Source: Malacoraja senta | Lineage: Eukaryota | Direction of reading: 5' to 3' | DNA: 64,000 nt | Assembly: GCA_038087875.1 (NCBI GenBank) | Contig: CM075985.1 | Location: 39,370,001 to 39,434,000 of the forward strand | Shown here: one piece after another, positions 48,401-60,400 of the stretch | How positions within the stretch are numbered: position 1 is the first letter of the stretch | How the letters are laid out: each line of letters begins with the position of its first letter | The notes under the pieces: model-generated | Databases searched by the model: none | What the model saw: the letters and a program-made list of their open reading frames with translations, nothing else | Told to the model about the DNA's origin: nothing | Translations under genes and position numbers: made by a program

Positions 48401-51400
48401 CTGATTCCTGGGATTCAGGACTTTCATATGAAGAAAGACTGGATAGACTTGGCTTATACTCGCTAGAATTTAGAAGATTGAGGGGGGATCTTATAGAAAC
48501 TTACAAAATTCTTAAGGGTTTGGACAGGCTAGATGCAGGAAGATTGTTCCCGATGTTGGGGAAGTCCAGAACAAGGGGTCACAGTTTAAGGATAAAGGGG
48601 AAATCTTTTAGGACTGAGATGAGAAAAACATTTTTCACACAGAGTGGTGAATCTCTGGAATTCTCTGCCACAGAATGTAGTTGAGGCCAGTTCATTGGTT
48701 ATATTTAAGAGGGAGTTAGATGTGGCCCTTGTGGCTAAAGGGATCAGGGGGTATGGAGAGAAGGCAGGTACAGGATACTGAGTTGGATGATCAGCCATGA
48801 TCATATTGAATGGCGGTGCAGGCTCGAAGGGCCGAATGGCCTACTTTGCACCTATTGTCTATGTTTCTATGTTTCAATGTAATTTTTCGTAGATCACAGG
48901 ACAATGGTGATGCAAAAATTGTAGCGCTATGGTGCACCGTTTTGCACAAATATAGGTACAAATATAGGAACAAACAAGATGAAAGATTTAGTAATATATA
49001 ATAATATATATAGAGTAAGGGAAAAACGTTGTCAAATCGAACAAAATTTGATACAGCATGCTAATAGTGAGTCAGGCGGGCCTAAAATTGTTGCACTGTC
49101 ATGTACCATTTTGGCATAAAGGGCATATACAGACAAATATGATGTGTGTGTGTATCTACCTAACCAAGTGTGGCCTGTTGGGTCCCGTTCCCCCAACGCA
49201 ATATTGCACCACTCGCCCATAGCCCGCAACTGCGCAGGCGTAGCAGACGTTTTTAAAGTTTAAAATGGCAATAACTTGTAAAATATAAGATCAATGTGAA
49301 TGCATCTCACTCTCCCTCTTCAGTCCCCTATTCCCCTCCTCCCTCTCCCCACCTTCCGTCAACCCTCCTCTGCTTCCTCCCCTCATCCCCTCCTCTCTCT
49401 TCCCACTCCCCTCCTCCATTACCTTGCCATCCCTCTTCCTACTCCTATCTTCCTCCATTCCCCAACATCACTCCCCCTCCACTTCACCCTCTTATTTCCC
49501 CTCCCTCCCTCTTCTTTCCCTTCTCCTCCTCCCCTCTCCCACTCCCTCCCTCACCTCTCCCTCCCTCTTCTTTCCCCTCTCCTCCTCCCCTTCAGAAGAA
49601 GGGTCTTGAGCCGAAACGTCACCCATTCCTTCTCTCCGGAGATGCTGCCTGTCCTGCTGAGTTACTCCAGCATTTTGTGTCTACCTTTGATTTAAACCAG
49701 CATCTGCAGTTCTTTCCTACATATCTTGATGCTCACATGTCCTATTTGCCCTTGCAACAGAACCGGAGTCAAATTTGCCACCACCTAGCATTGAAGTTAA
49801 ATTATTTTTCTGTTGTAACTTTCACTCTGCATTGAATGGTTTGGCTCTGCCAGACATTTATGAGCTCCCAAGGCAGAGCACCAATGGCGTCTGGTTCTCC
49901 ATGGTTCAACCAATGATTCTTCCTGGATATTAATATGAAACTCTAATTCTACATGTTTTCTGGATCTACTTCATTGCATAGTAATTAATTCTTGCATTCA
50001 ACTGGACTGCACAGCCTGTTACTGGGTCTCCAAAGATGCCCTGTCAAGCAAGCACTGCACCCAGCCTGTGGATTGATCCCTGCTCCATGCGTATTGCTGT
50101 CACTGTGCACTTTTGTTCATCGTACCCTGGACCCAGTCACCACCTCTACACACCTCACTTCCCTATCATGGTCAAATCTTGGCCTTGTTTTAATTCTGTT
50201 CTCCAGCCATCTTTGTTCATCCGCACTCATCAAATAACCTCATTAAGCTTCTTGGCTTCTGTTAGATTAAAAGTAATATTTCTGATGCTTTTATTTCTCT
50301 CAGACGTTGACCTTCATGTTATTCTTCTTCCAAAAAGCCAAGTTACATTATTACAAACATTGTGAACTAGCTCTGCTCTGCACCTGTATTGGATGGACTC
50401 CCCTAAACTGGGTCCACACCCCCCACCACTACCCCAGTGGGCAGTGGACCATGGCTGCGGCACTGGATCCCAATAAGGGTGGATGGGTGGGGCAAAGGAT
50501 GCAGGCATAGAATGGACTGTCTATTGTGGTAATAAATGTCCTCTTTTACCCCCACCACCCTCCCCAACAGGAGCTCACTCCGGTAATTTCATGTACGGCT
50601 GTAAGTTTAACAGCAGTGCTCCTGGGAACTGGACCTACGTCTACCTGTACGTGTATGACCACGAGCTGATTGCCTACTTCGATTATGACCAGAAGAGGTA
50701 TGTGGCGGCGAAGGACTGGATGCACGGGAACGTGGACAGATGGAACAATGATGGTTCAGCGGAAGCTCAGTACCAGGCCGGGATCAGAGTCTGTGAGAAC
50801 AACATTCCCATCTATGAGAGTCAGGTCCTGAACCGGAGAGGTGAGAGGATTGGGGTGGGAGGTTGAGGAAGAGCTGGCAAGTTTCTATTTGGTAGGGATC
50901 AGATGAAACCAACCCTTCCCATTGGTCTGGAGAGGAGGACCTGTACATCCAGCCCCCATCTACTTCAGCTGGATAAACTGCAGCCATGATTGCCAGCTAA
51001 CATTGACCCATCCATCCTTCATTTTCTCCACCACGAAACCACCATGGCAGAGTCTGTGTGCTGTGCTCCACACTGTCCACCCAACGGACAGCTGGTGGTA
51101 AGCCTGATATCCCAGGTGTGGTGGCCCAGACCGAGCACATATCTGGGTCAGTGGGAAGCTCCACTCAAATGGTCATACGGGACGAAACTGGACACTTCAG
51201 CCCATCATGTCCATGCCAACCCATCTATTGTATTTCCCTGCACTTGATCATGCCCATCTCCACCATGGAGATCCATGTGCTGGTCCAAATTCCTGAACGT
51301 TGAGTTTCAGCCTCATATCACACCCTCGGGTGTAGTCCCAGATTCCAGTATCCCTGTGAAAGAAGTTCTTTTTGGGATCTTTCCAGATTTGATTCCCTCG

Positions 51401-54400
51401 CCCTGAGCCCACAATGCCATTCTTGAGGACGTTGGGGACATTTCCAACAATCCTGACCATAGGATGCTGGAACTTTAAGTTGAAACTGCCTGTTGGCAGG
51501 ATTTTTGCTGCTGAGTTTTTACTGGACAATCGATGTAGTCCTGTCCCCAGTGTGGGGAGTTGGAGCTAGTGAGTGTGGGCAGCTGGTCAGTATTTCCAAC
51601 CCCCCCCCCCCCCCAAGGAGCCGGAGCAGCGTCCTGGTCAAGGTTCCAGCAGGGGGTCCAGGTTCCTGCTCTGCCAAGCCTGGCCTTGGTTGAATGTCCC
51701 ACGGTCACTGCAGACTCCCCCCTTCACTGCTTTTCTCTGCTGTGGCTGTGTCTCTGACCAGCTTATTATCAACATCTCCCAGTTCAACCCATTGTGGCTA
51801 TTCTGGTTCTGATGTTGGGCACCATCCTCTGCTATCCAATACTATAATCCCAGGATACCTGGAAGCTAAAAAAGTTGTGACGACATCTCTATATTCACCT
51901 TCCCTCCCCTCATTTATGCAGCCCACAATTGCAGAGTCATCTGAAAACTTCTACAGGTGGCAGTGGACCGAGTTATATCTGAGGTCCGAGGTGTAGATGG
52001 TGAACTGGAAGGGCGAGAGGTCTGTCCCCTGTGGGGCTCCTGCGTTGCTCATCACCATGTCCGAGACATAATTCTGTAGCCTGACATATTGTCGTCATTA
52101 GGTCAGGTAGTTGGTGATCCAGGACACCAATGGATCATCCACTCGCATCTTCATCAGTTTGCTCCTTAGCAGTGCTGGCCGGATGACGTTAAAAGCACTG
52201 AAGAAGTAAAAAATCATGACATTCTCAATGCTTCCTGGCTTATCCAGGTGAACATATGAATGATGGAGCAGGTGGGTGATGGCGTCAACCCCCATCTTTG
52301 TTTGGTAATCGAACTGCAGGGGGTCCAGGTCAGGTTTAACAAGGGGACCAGGCAGGATGTCTTGCACATCACAGGAACCCTCTCCAGGCTCGTTAGGGAA
52401 ATTAAGGTCCTGGATTGGAGGGAGTTGATATCAATATCATGAGACGGAATCTGGGAAAAATAGTGCGCCCCTGGGACAAGCTCTTTGTCCCAAAATATCT
52501 GTGCCGAACATAATGCCTGCATGTCAACCATATCCCTCAATTCCTGCCTCTTAAGCACCACTATCGTATCTGCCTAAACCAACACGGCTGGCCGTGTGTT
52601 ACAACGACCTACCACCCACTGTATAGAAACTGAACATTGACATGTGGATCCATGGTAGCATGGCCTTCACTGCAAATTAATCTGCAATAGTGGAAATAAA
52701 TTGCCACAATTGTATAGATCCAAAGACACTAAATTTGGAATATCCTGCACAGCTCTTGTGTTTGAGGCAGGATGTACTTGGTAAAGGAGGGAGTGTAACA
52801 CAATTCACCAGTTTATTTCCAGGAATGGTGGGTTTATCCTGAATGGAAATGACAGTCTAGTACTCAGCAAGGACACTAGGATAAAGTGTGGTCTGTTTTG
52901 AGAGTTCAGTGCGGAGTTGATAGAAGGAAAGCTTGAGACTGTAGGATGGTAAAGGTGGACAAGAGGGAAATGGAACTCTGCAGAGTGGGATGCATCAGAG
53001 CAGGTACCAAGTTAGTTTGGCAGAGGGCTGGTTTCGGGAAAAGAACGGGCTGTTGGATAGCAAGAATGTCCTTCTTCAAATTAGGGGACCAAAACTGCAC
53101 ACAATACTCCAGGTGTGGTCTCACTAGGGCTCTGTACAATTGCAGAAAGACCTCTTTGCTCTTATACTCGACTACTCTTGTTATAAAGGCCAACATGCCA
53201 TTCACTTTCTTCACTGCCTGCTGTACCTGCATGCTTACTTTCATAGACTAATGAACAAGGACCCCCCAGATCCCGTTGTACTTCCCCTTTTCCCAACTTG
53301 ACCCCATTTAGATAGTAATCTGCCTTTTTTTGATACCAAAGTGGATAACCTCACATTTATCCACATTAAACTTAATCTGCCATGCATCTGCCCACTCACC
53401 CAACCTGTCCAAGTCACCCTGCATTCTCATAGCATCCTCCTCACAGTTCACACTGCCACCCAGCTTTGTGTCATCTGCAAATTTGCTAATGTTACTTTGA
53501 ATCCCTTCATCCAAATCATTGTAAATAGCTGTGGTCCCAGCACCGAGCCTCGCGGTATCCCACTAGTCACTGCCTGCCATTCTGAAAGGGACCCGTTAAT
53601 CCCTACTCTTTGTTTCCTGTCTGCCAACCAATTTTCTATCCATGTCAGCACTCTACCCCCAATACCATGTGCCCTAATTTTGCCCACTAATCTCCTATGT
53701 GAGACCTTATCAATGGTTTCTGAAAGTCCAGGTACATTACATCCACTGGCTCTCCCTTATCCATTTTCCTAGTTACATCCTCAAAATTCCAGGGGCCTAA
53801 TTGAATGCTAGAATTGCACAAGAGGCTGATTGGCCTCCTGTTTATTTGATTCCCTTTTGCTTTGGACCTGTCCAAATGTTTGAGTGAAGATGGAGATTGG
53901 TCGGTTTTTTGTGCACAGGGCATTTAAAAATAAATCTATTCCATCAAAACAGTTTATAACAGTGCAACTTGCTTTTACTTTAATGCAATGGCAGCTTTCA
54001 TCCATTGCTGCTAAAAAGCTTTTTCCGTTTCTTTCACCCCAATTTTTCCCAAGCTAACTAAAGTTTAGATTTCTGTTTGTGCCCTGGAATGTCCAGGTCT
54101 CCATATTTTGTACAATCATCTTGCAGAGGAATGAAATCCTGGTTCTCTCCTCAGTCACTACTGACGGAGTCCAGTGATGATGTTGCATTGATGTACCATC
54201 CCTTAAGATCTGAACACCAATGGTTGAGTAATTAATGCCCCCAGTGTAGCAATGGCCTGTTGTACTCCTGGCAAAGGCCAAGTAGATCAAGCCATATATT
54301 CCCAAGTCTGACTTTGGATTGGTAAAGAATGCTAGACCCAATGAATGAATCACTGCTACTGAAAGACTGGAGGATTTGCTCCCCCTTTCTTGAGCAGCTA

Positions 54401-57400
54401 ATGTTGCCTTAGTATTTGTCTCAATGCTGAGCCTTCTGGCAGGACACTTGGTCACTGTTCCTGCTACAAAGTCAAGCAACTGTTTGCCATATTTTAGGTT
54501 GTCTTTGTGGGGCCATTGAGCTTGGAGTAAACAAGTTCTGGGAAGCAGGTGTGCATTGGATGGTTGTCTCCTTCATACTGAGCAACACCTGGGCAAGTGG
54601 ATAAATACCATGTGGTGGGGGCAAAGCATAAGGCAGAGGATTCTGCCCCTGAAGTCATTAGTCAGCAGGAAGCTCCACCCTTCCTCGAATGGTCTTCACT
54701 GGAACGTTCGTTCGTTCTGGAAGATTGGGATATTTGGAAGCTGACTGACACTGCTGGGGTTTAGGGGCAACAACTAATTGGCTGTGGTTGCCCCCTTCTG
54801 CTTTAACCCTCTGCTTTATAGGGTTTAACTTTCTGCTTTCTCCTCCAGTTGAACCTGAGATCACAATCCGACCCAAAGTCTCCTCCCGCGCGGGGCAGTC
54901 GGCCCTGCTCACCTGTCACGTCACTGGTTTCTACCCTCCTGAGATTGAAGTCACATGGCTGAAGAACGGCGGCCCAGTCCCCAGCGGTGCCATCAACACA
55001 GTGCTGATGTCAGACGGTGACTGGACCTATCAAGTGCAGGAACTCCTGGAGTACCACCCGGTGTCCGGGGATACCTACACCTGTCGTGTGGAACACAGCA
55101 GCCTGGCAGAGCCCAAGGCCATGGACTGGGGTAAGGTGCACAGCAGCCACAACCCTGCTTCCCCCAGCCTTGTCTCAGTAATGTTCTCATTCCAGACACT
55201 GATTCACTTCAGTAAAAGGTGCAGCTTTTAGTATTGTTTCAGATACTGTTGGGGAGGGGGGCTGGTGGTGACCATTTGGGAGAAAGCAACATAGGTTAGT
55301 GATTCCAAGGCTGGCTCTGAGGCACAATGGGGAAGATAAAGTCAGACGAGGCTATGTTGACGGGAGATTCTATGTAGGAAAGCTGTCAGGTGGTCTAGTC
55401 TAAAAGGTGAAAATGGGATCAAATGATTTGAAATCCAGGTGCAGCAAAGCATGAGGTAGACCTGTGGTTGGGTATTGTTTGAAGGAGAACCATGGGTCAG
55501 TTAGGTGAAACTTTAGCTGAGGCATAGAACATGGGACCAATAGAACTGTACAAGTTGTACATGCCAATGTCTCCATGTCCCCTTCTGCCTTTCTAATTCT
55601 GTTTGAAGTCATCCCCTGCACTCCACTCCCTCATTGATCCACGAGCCATGACCAGCTTCTCTGCCACATGTTGTATCTCTACTCTGTGGGCCAACAGTCA
55701 TTTGCTGGCATTTCATTCCTGTGATATTCTGATTTCTCACCAACACTGTTCTGTTCACTTGCTGCATTCTCAGTCTGCCCCATGTGTAGTTGGTTGGATA
55801 ATTTGTACATGGTGTTACTCTCACTATGTGTCAATCATGAGAGGAATAGATCGGGTAGACGCACATAGTCTCTTGCCCCGAGTAGGGGAATCGAGGATCA
55901 GAGGACACAGGTTTAAGGTGAAGGGGAAAAAATGTAATAGGAATCTGCAGGGTAACGTTTTCACAGGAAGGGTGGTGGGTGTATGGAATAAACAGCCAAA
56001 TGAGGTAGTTGAGGCTGGGACTATCCCAACGTTTAAGAAACGGTTAGACAGGTACATGGATGTGACAGGTTTGGAGTGGTACAGTATGTGCCAAACGCAG
56101 GCAGGTGGGGCTAGTGTAGCTGGAGCATGTTGGGCAGTGTGGGCAAGTTGGGCCGAAGGGCCGGTTTCCACGCTGTAGGACTCCCCTGAAGCTACTTTTG
56201 GAAACTGATGTGACTCTTCTACAGCTACAGCACCCGGCCATCAGCCTGCAGACTCTGTTAATTCAGTTACCAGTCAGTAGGGTGTCTGGTTCTCTAGCAG
56301 CATCTCCAGCACAGCCTATTGTGTGCATACTAGGTGGTGCGGGATGATGTTTCCCCAGATACAGATACTCCCTCAGACTGTTAATTTAATCCCTTCCCCC
56401 TTCCTATGCTGAGTGATTATTCAACTGATACAGATGACGGGCTGTTCCATATGTCGGCTCCCACTCTGTGTGCGTGTGTGTGTTCCCTCGGGGCTGTTCT
56501 AATTCTTGACTGTTCCACCCCACAGAGGTGCAGAGCTCAACTGAGTCTGGGACAACCAAGATCATCGTGGGAGTGCTGAGCTTTGTGTTTGGGCTGCTCA
56601 TCCTGCTGGCTGGAGTTATAATGAAGCTGAGGAATGCTAAAGGTGAGCTAGTGTGTGGGGGAGTCTGTCCCAGGCCTCCCGCCCAGGGCTCCACTAATGG
56701 ACACGTGTGATCCTGCTACTTGGCTGGAGGGTCTGGGCCCAACCCAAGGATCAACGACCCATTCCTCCCCTCCAAATGTGGACCAATACCCCAACACAGC
56801 CTGGAACAAGTTAACACCAGGCAAAATGGGGCAATAGGTAGGCCTGTTGCATCCTGGCCTAAGGTCCTGTCAGCTCAAACATTGCTTTAATTGTAAATGA
56901 AATTAAAATATCACAATGCCAAAACACAATCCCACAAATCTTCAGGGAATCTCACAAATCTGATTTTTTTTAAGACGTGACCAAAAATGGCAATGAGGGC
57001 AGAGCTGTGGATGTTGTGTACATGGATTTCAGTAAGTCATTCGACAAGGTTCCCCATGGTAGGCTGCTCTGGAAGGTTAGATCTCATGGGATCCAAGGAG
57101 AGATAGCTGAATAGACAGCAAATTGGCTTCATGAAGGAAGCAGAGGGTGACCGTGGAAGGTTGCTTCTCGGACTGGAGGCCTGTGACTAGTGGTGTGCCT
57201 CAGGGTTCAGTGCTGGGCCCGTCACAATTTGTCATCTACATCAATGATTTAGATGAGAACATACAGGGCAAGATTAGCAAGTTTGCTGATGATACAAAAG
57301 TGGGTGGTTTTGCAGATAGTGAAGATGGTTGTGAAACATTGCAGCAGGACCTTGATCGATTGGTCAGATGGGCTGAGAATTGGTTGATGGCATTTAATAG

Positions 57401-60400
57401 AAAAATGAGGTGTTGCATTTTGGGAAGTCTAACAAGGGCAGGACCTACACAGTGAATGGTAGGCCTCTGGGGAGTGTTGTAGAGCAGAGCGATCTAGGAG
57501 TGGAGGTGCATGGTCAAGTCGCAGGTAGACAAGGTGGTCAAAAAGGCTTTTGGCACATTGGCCTTCATCTGTCAGAGTATTAAGTATAGAAGTTGGGAGG
57601 TCATGTTGCAGTTGTGTAAGATGTTGGTCAGACTGCATTTAGAGTATTCTGTTCAGTTCTGGGCACCATGTTATAGGAAAGATGTTGTCAAGCTGGAAAG
57701 GGTACAGAGAAGATTTACAAGGATGGTACCAGGACTAGAGTGTCCGAGCTATAGGTAGAGGTTGAGTAGGCTGGGTCTCTATTCCATGGAGCACAGGAGG
57801 ATGAGGGGTGATCTTATAGAGGTGTATAAAATCATGAGATGAATTGATTGGGTAGATGCACAGTCTCTTGCCCAGTGTAGGTGATTTGTGGATCAGAGGT
57901 TTAAGGTGAAGGGGAAAAGATTTAATAGGAATCTGAGGGGTAACTTTTCACAAAGGGTGGTGGGTGTATGGAATGAACTGCAACAGGAGGTAGTGGAGGC
58001 AGGGACTATCCCAAAGTTTAAGAAACAGTTGGACAGGTACATGTATAGGATGAGTTTGGAGGGGTATGGACCAAACGCAGGCAGGTGGGACTAGTGTAGC
58101 TGGGGCATGTTGGCCGGTATGGTCACGTTGGTCAGATGGACCTGTTTCCACACTGTATCACTCTATGACTATGACTCTATGGTCTCCTGCTGGCATCCCA
58201 TCTGTGGGAGACCAGGTTGGGCCAAGATTGACTGCCATGTCTCAGACACTTGATACCCCTGGCTGTAGACAGAGTGCCAGATACTTGAATTGAAACTTCC
58301 CACCCCCAGCAAATGGGGGTGGGTAGTTTCAAATTCCTGGGCGTGCACATTTCCAAAGATCTTTCCTGGTCCCAGAACACTGATGCAATTATAAAGAAAG
58401 CACATCAGCGCCTCTACTTCCTGAGAAGATTACGGAGAGTCGGTATGTCAAGGAGGACTCTCTCGAACTTCTACAGATGCACAGTAGATAGCATGCTGAC
58501 CGGTTGCATCCTGGCTTGGTTCGGCAACTTGAGCATCCAGGAGCGGAAAAGAATGCAGAAAGTTGTGACCACTGCCCAGTCCATCATCGGCTCTGACCTC
58601 CCCACCATCGAAGGGATCTATCGCAGTCGCTGCCTCAAAAAGGCTGCCAACATCATCAAGGACCCACACCATCCTGGCCACACACGCATCTCTCCGCTAC
58701 CATCGGGAACAAGGTACAGGAGCTTGAAATCTGGTAGATCCAGGTCAGGAACAGCCTCTTCCCCACAGCCATCAGGCTATTAAACTCACCATCAAACAAA
58801 CTCTGAACTATAACAGCCTTTTGCACTTTATCTGTTTATTTATGTGTATATATATGGTCTATGCTATATAGACACACTGAACAGTTCTGTATTTATACTT
58901 ACAATATTCTGTTGTGCTACAGCAAACAAGAATTTCATTGTCCTATCTGGGACACATGACAATAAACTCCCTTGACTTGAGCGTTCTCCACAGTAAAAGC
59001 ACAGGGAATGACCAGTGGAATGGAGACCCTTCATTAAGTTTCTGACAGACCAGGGAAGGGGATGGGAAATTCCTTTCCCCTCAACTAGAGTTAGCCCTTG
59101 TTCATGCTGCTAGTTGTGGTCCAATGGTCCAAAGCTTCAGATGCAGTGAACTGTATGAAATATGTGGCAGTGATAACTCACAGTGGTGTTCTCTGGCCAG
59201 CAGGCTGTACCTAACATGATTTAATACTCCAGGGTGCAGTTAATGTTCCGAAACTGCTCCATAGCCAGATATTAAGGGGTCTTTAACATGATATTCTAGT
59301 AACATTTGTTGTGTAAATGTAGGGCTGTTCTGTTGCAACTTTGCAGGGAGCTAGTGACACCTCACCTGGGACACTTGTGTCTCCATATCCAAGGATGTAC
59401 TAATGTTGGAGAAGGTGGGGAAGTTGCACTGCTGGGATGAAAGGGTTAAGGGTGAAATAGTTGAGCTATATCCCTCTCAAAATGAGGTTCTATTAAATAT
59501 TGTTAGGGTGGATGCAGAAGATCTTTCCTCCAGGGGTGATGCAGTTTCAGAACAAGGATTGTCCACTGCAGGAGTGGTGGGCAGATGGAAATGGAGGCGA
59601 GGTGGAGATCGGAGCGGCCATGGTATCAAATGGTGGGCTGAATGGCCTCTTGCTGTTCCCATCCCCATTCTGGTCCTTGATAAGCAGGGCAAGATGAGTG
59701 GGGTAAATTGATACCCACAGTGTGGTGGGTGCATGGAACATGCTGACGGGTAGTGGAGGCAGACACAATAGAGGCTGTTAGATGGGCACATGGTGATGCA
59801 TGGAATGGAGAAGTATGGGTCGCGTGCAGCAGGCAGTTTAACCTGGTATCATGTTCAGCACAGACATTGTTAGTCGAAGGATTTGTTTCTGTTCTGTTCT
59901 ATGACACTGGTGGCGGTTGGGGAAGAAAGTCTGGATCAGGAGTTGAATTGGAGCAGGTTGTAGTTTCTGGGCTGGGTTTGATTTACTGAAGTGAGTTGGT
60001 GGCAGCTGCCTGGGTAACGGGGGAGGCTGGGGATAACTTTGACGGCTGCACTCTGACAGCAGCACAGACACCACCCCCACCAGTCTGTTCCCCCCCTCCC
60101 TATGCAAGATTGTCGCTGACCTACTGACCATGGGTGCTTTCTCTTCCAGCTATCCTGGATTCCACCAGCCACGGCCCACGTAAGTAAACATAGAAACATA
60201 GAAAATAGGTGCAGGAGTAGGCCATTCGGCCCTTCGAGCCTGCCTTCAAGTAGGCCATTCGGCCCATTCAATATGATCATGGCTGATCATCCAACTCGGT
60301 ATCCTGTACCTACCATCTCTCCATACCCCCTGCTCCCCTTAGCCACAAGGGCCACATTTAACTCCATCTTAAATATAGCCAATGAAGTGGCCTCAACTAC

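Larger units (their letters stand above)
45220..48876 (+). mobile_element. CR1 LINE 3' half, split by the CAGGGCTC-TIR transposon
   Basis: ORF 45220-45895 ([29 protein letters not shown]) continues at 48124 ([15 protein letters not shown]..); tail ctatgtttctatgtttc. Confidence 0.93.
44516..48995 (-). mobile_element. Helitron-like non-autonomous element interrupted by a CR1 (45220-48876)
   Basis: On the minus strand it ends in hairpin GGGACCC-agc-GGGTCCC, 7 nt, then CTAG before T. Homologous sequence resumes at ~48877-48995, with further related pieces at 49010-49560. Confidence 0.5.

Noticed and set aside
50483-50570. [11 protein letters not shown].. as the N-terminus of a stand-alone beta-1 ORF
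   Set aside because: Intronic read-through: no signal peptide, and a strong acceptor precedes 50571.
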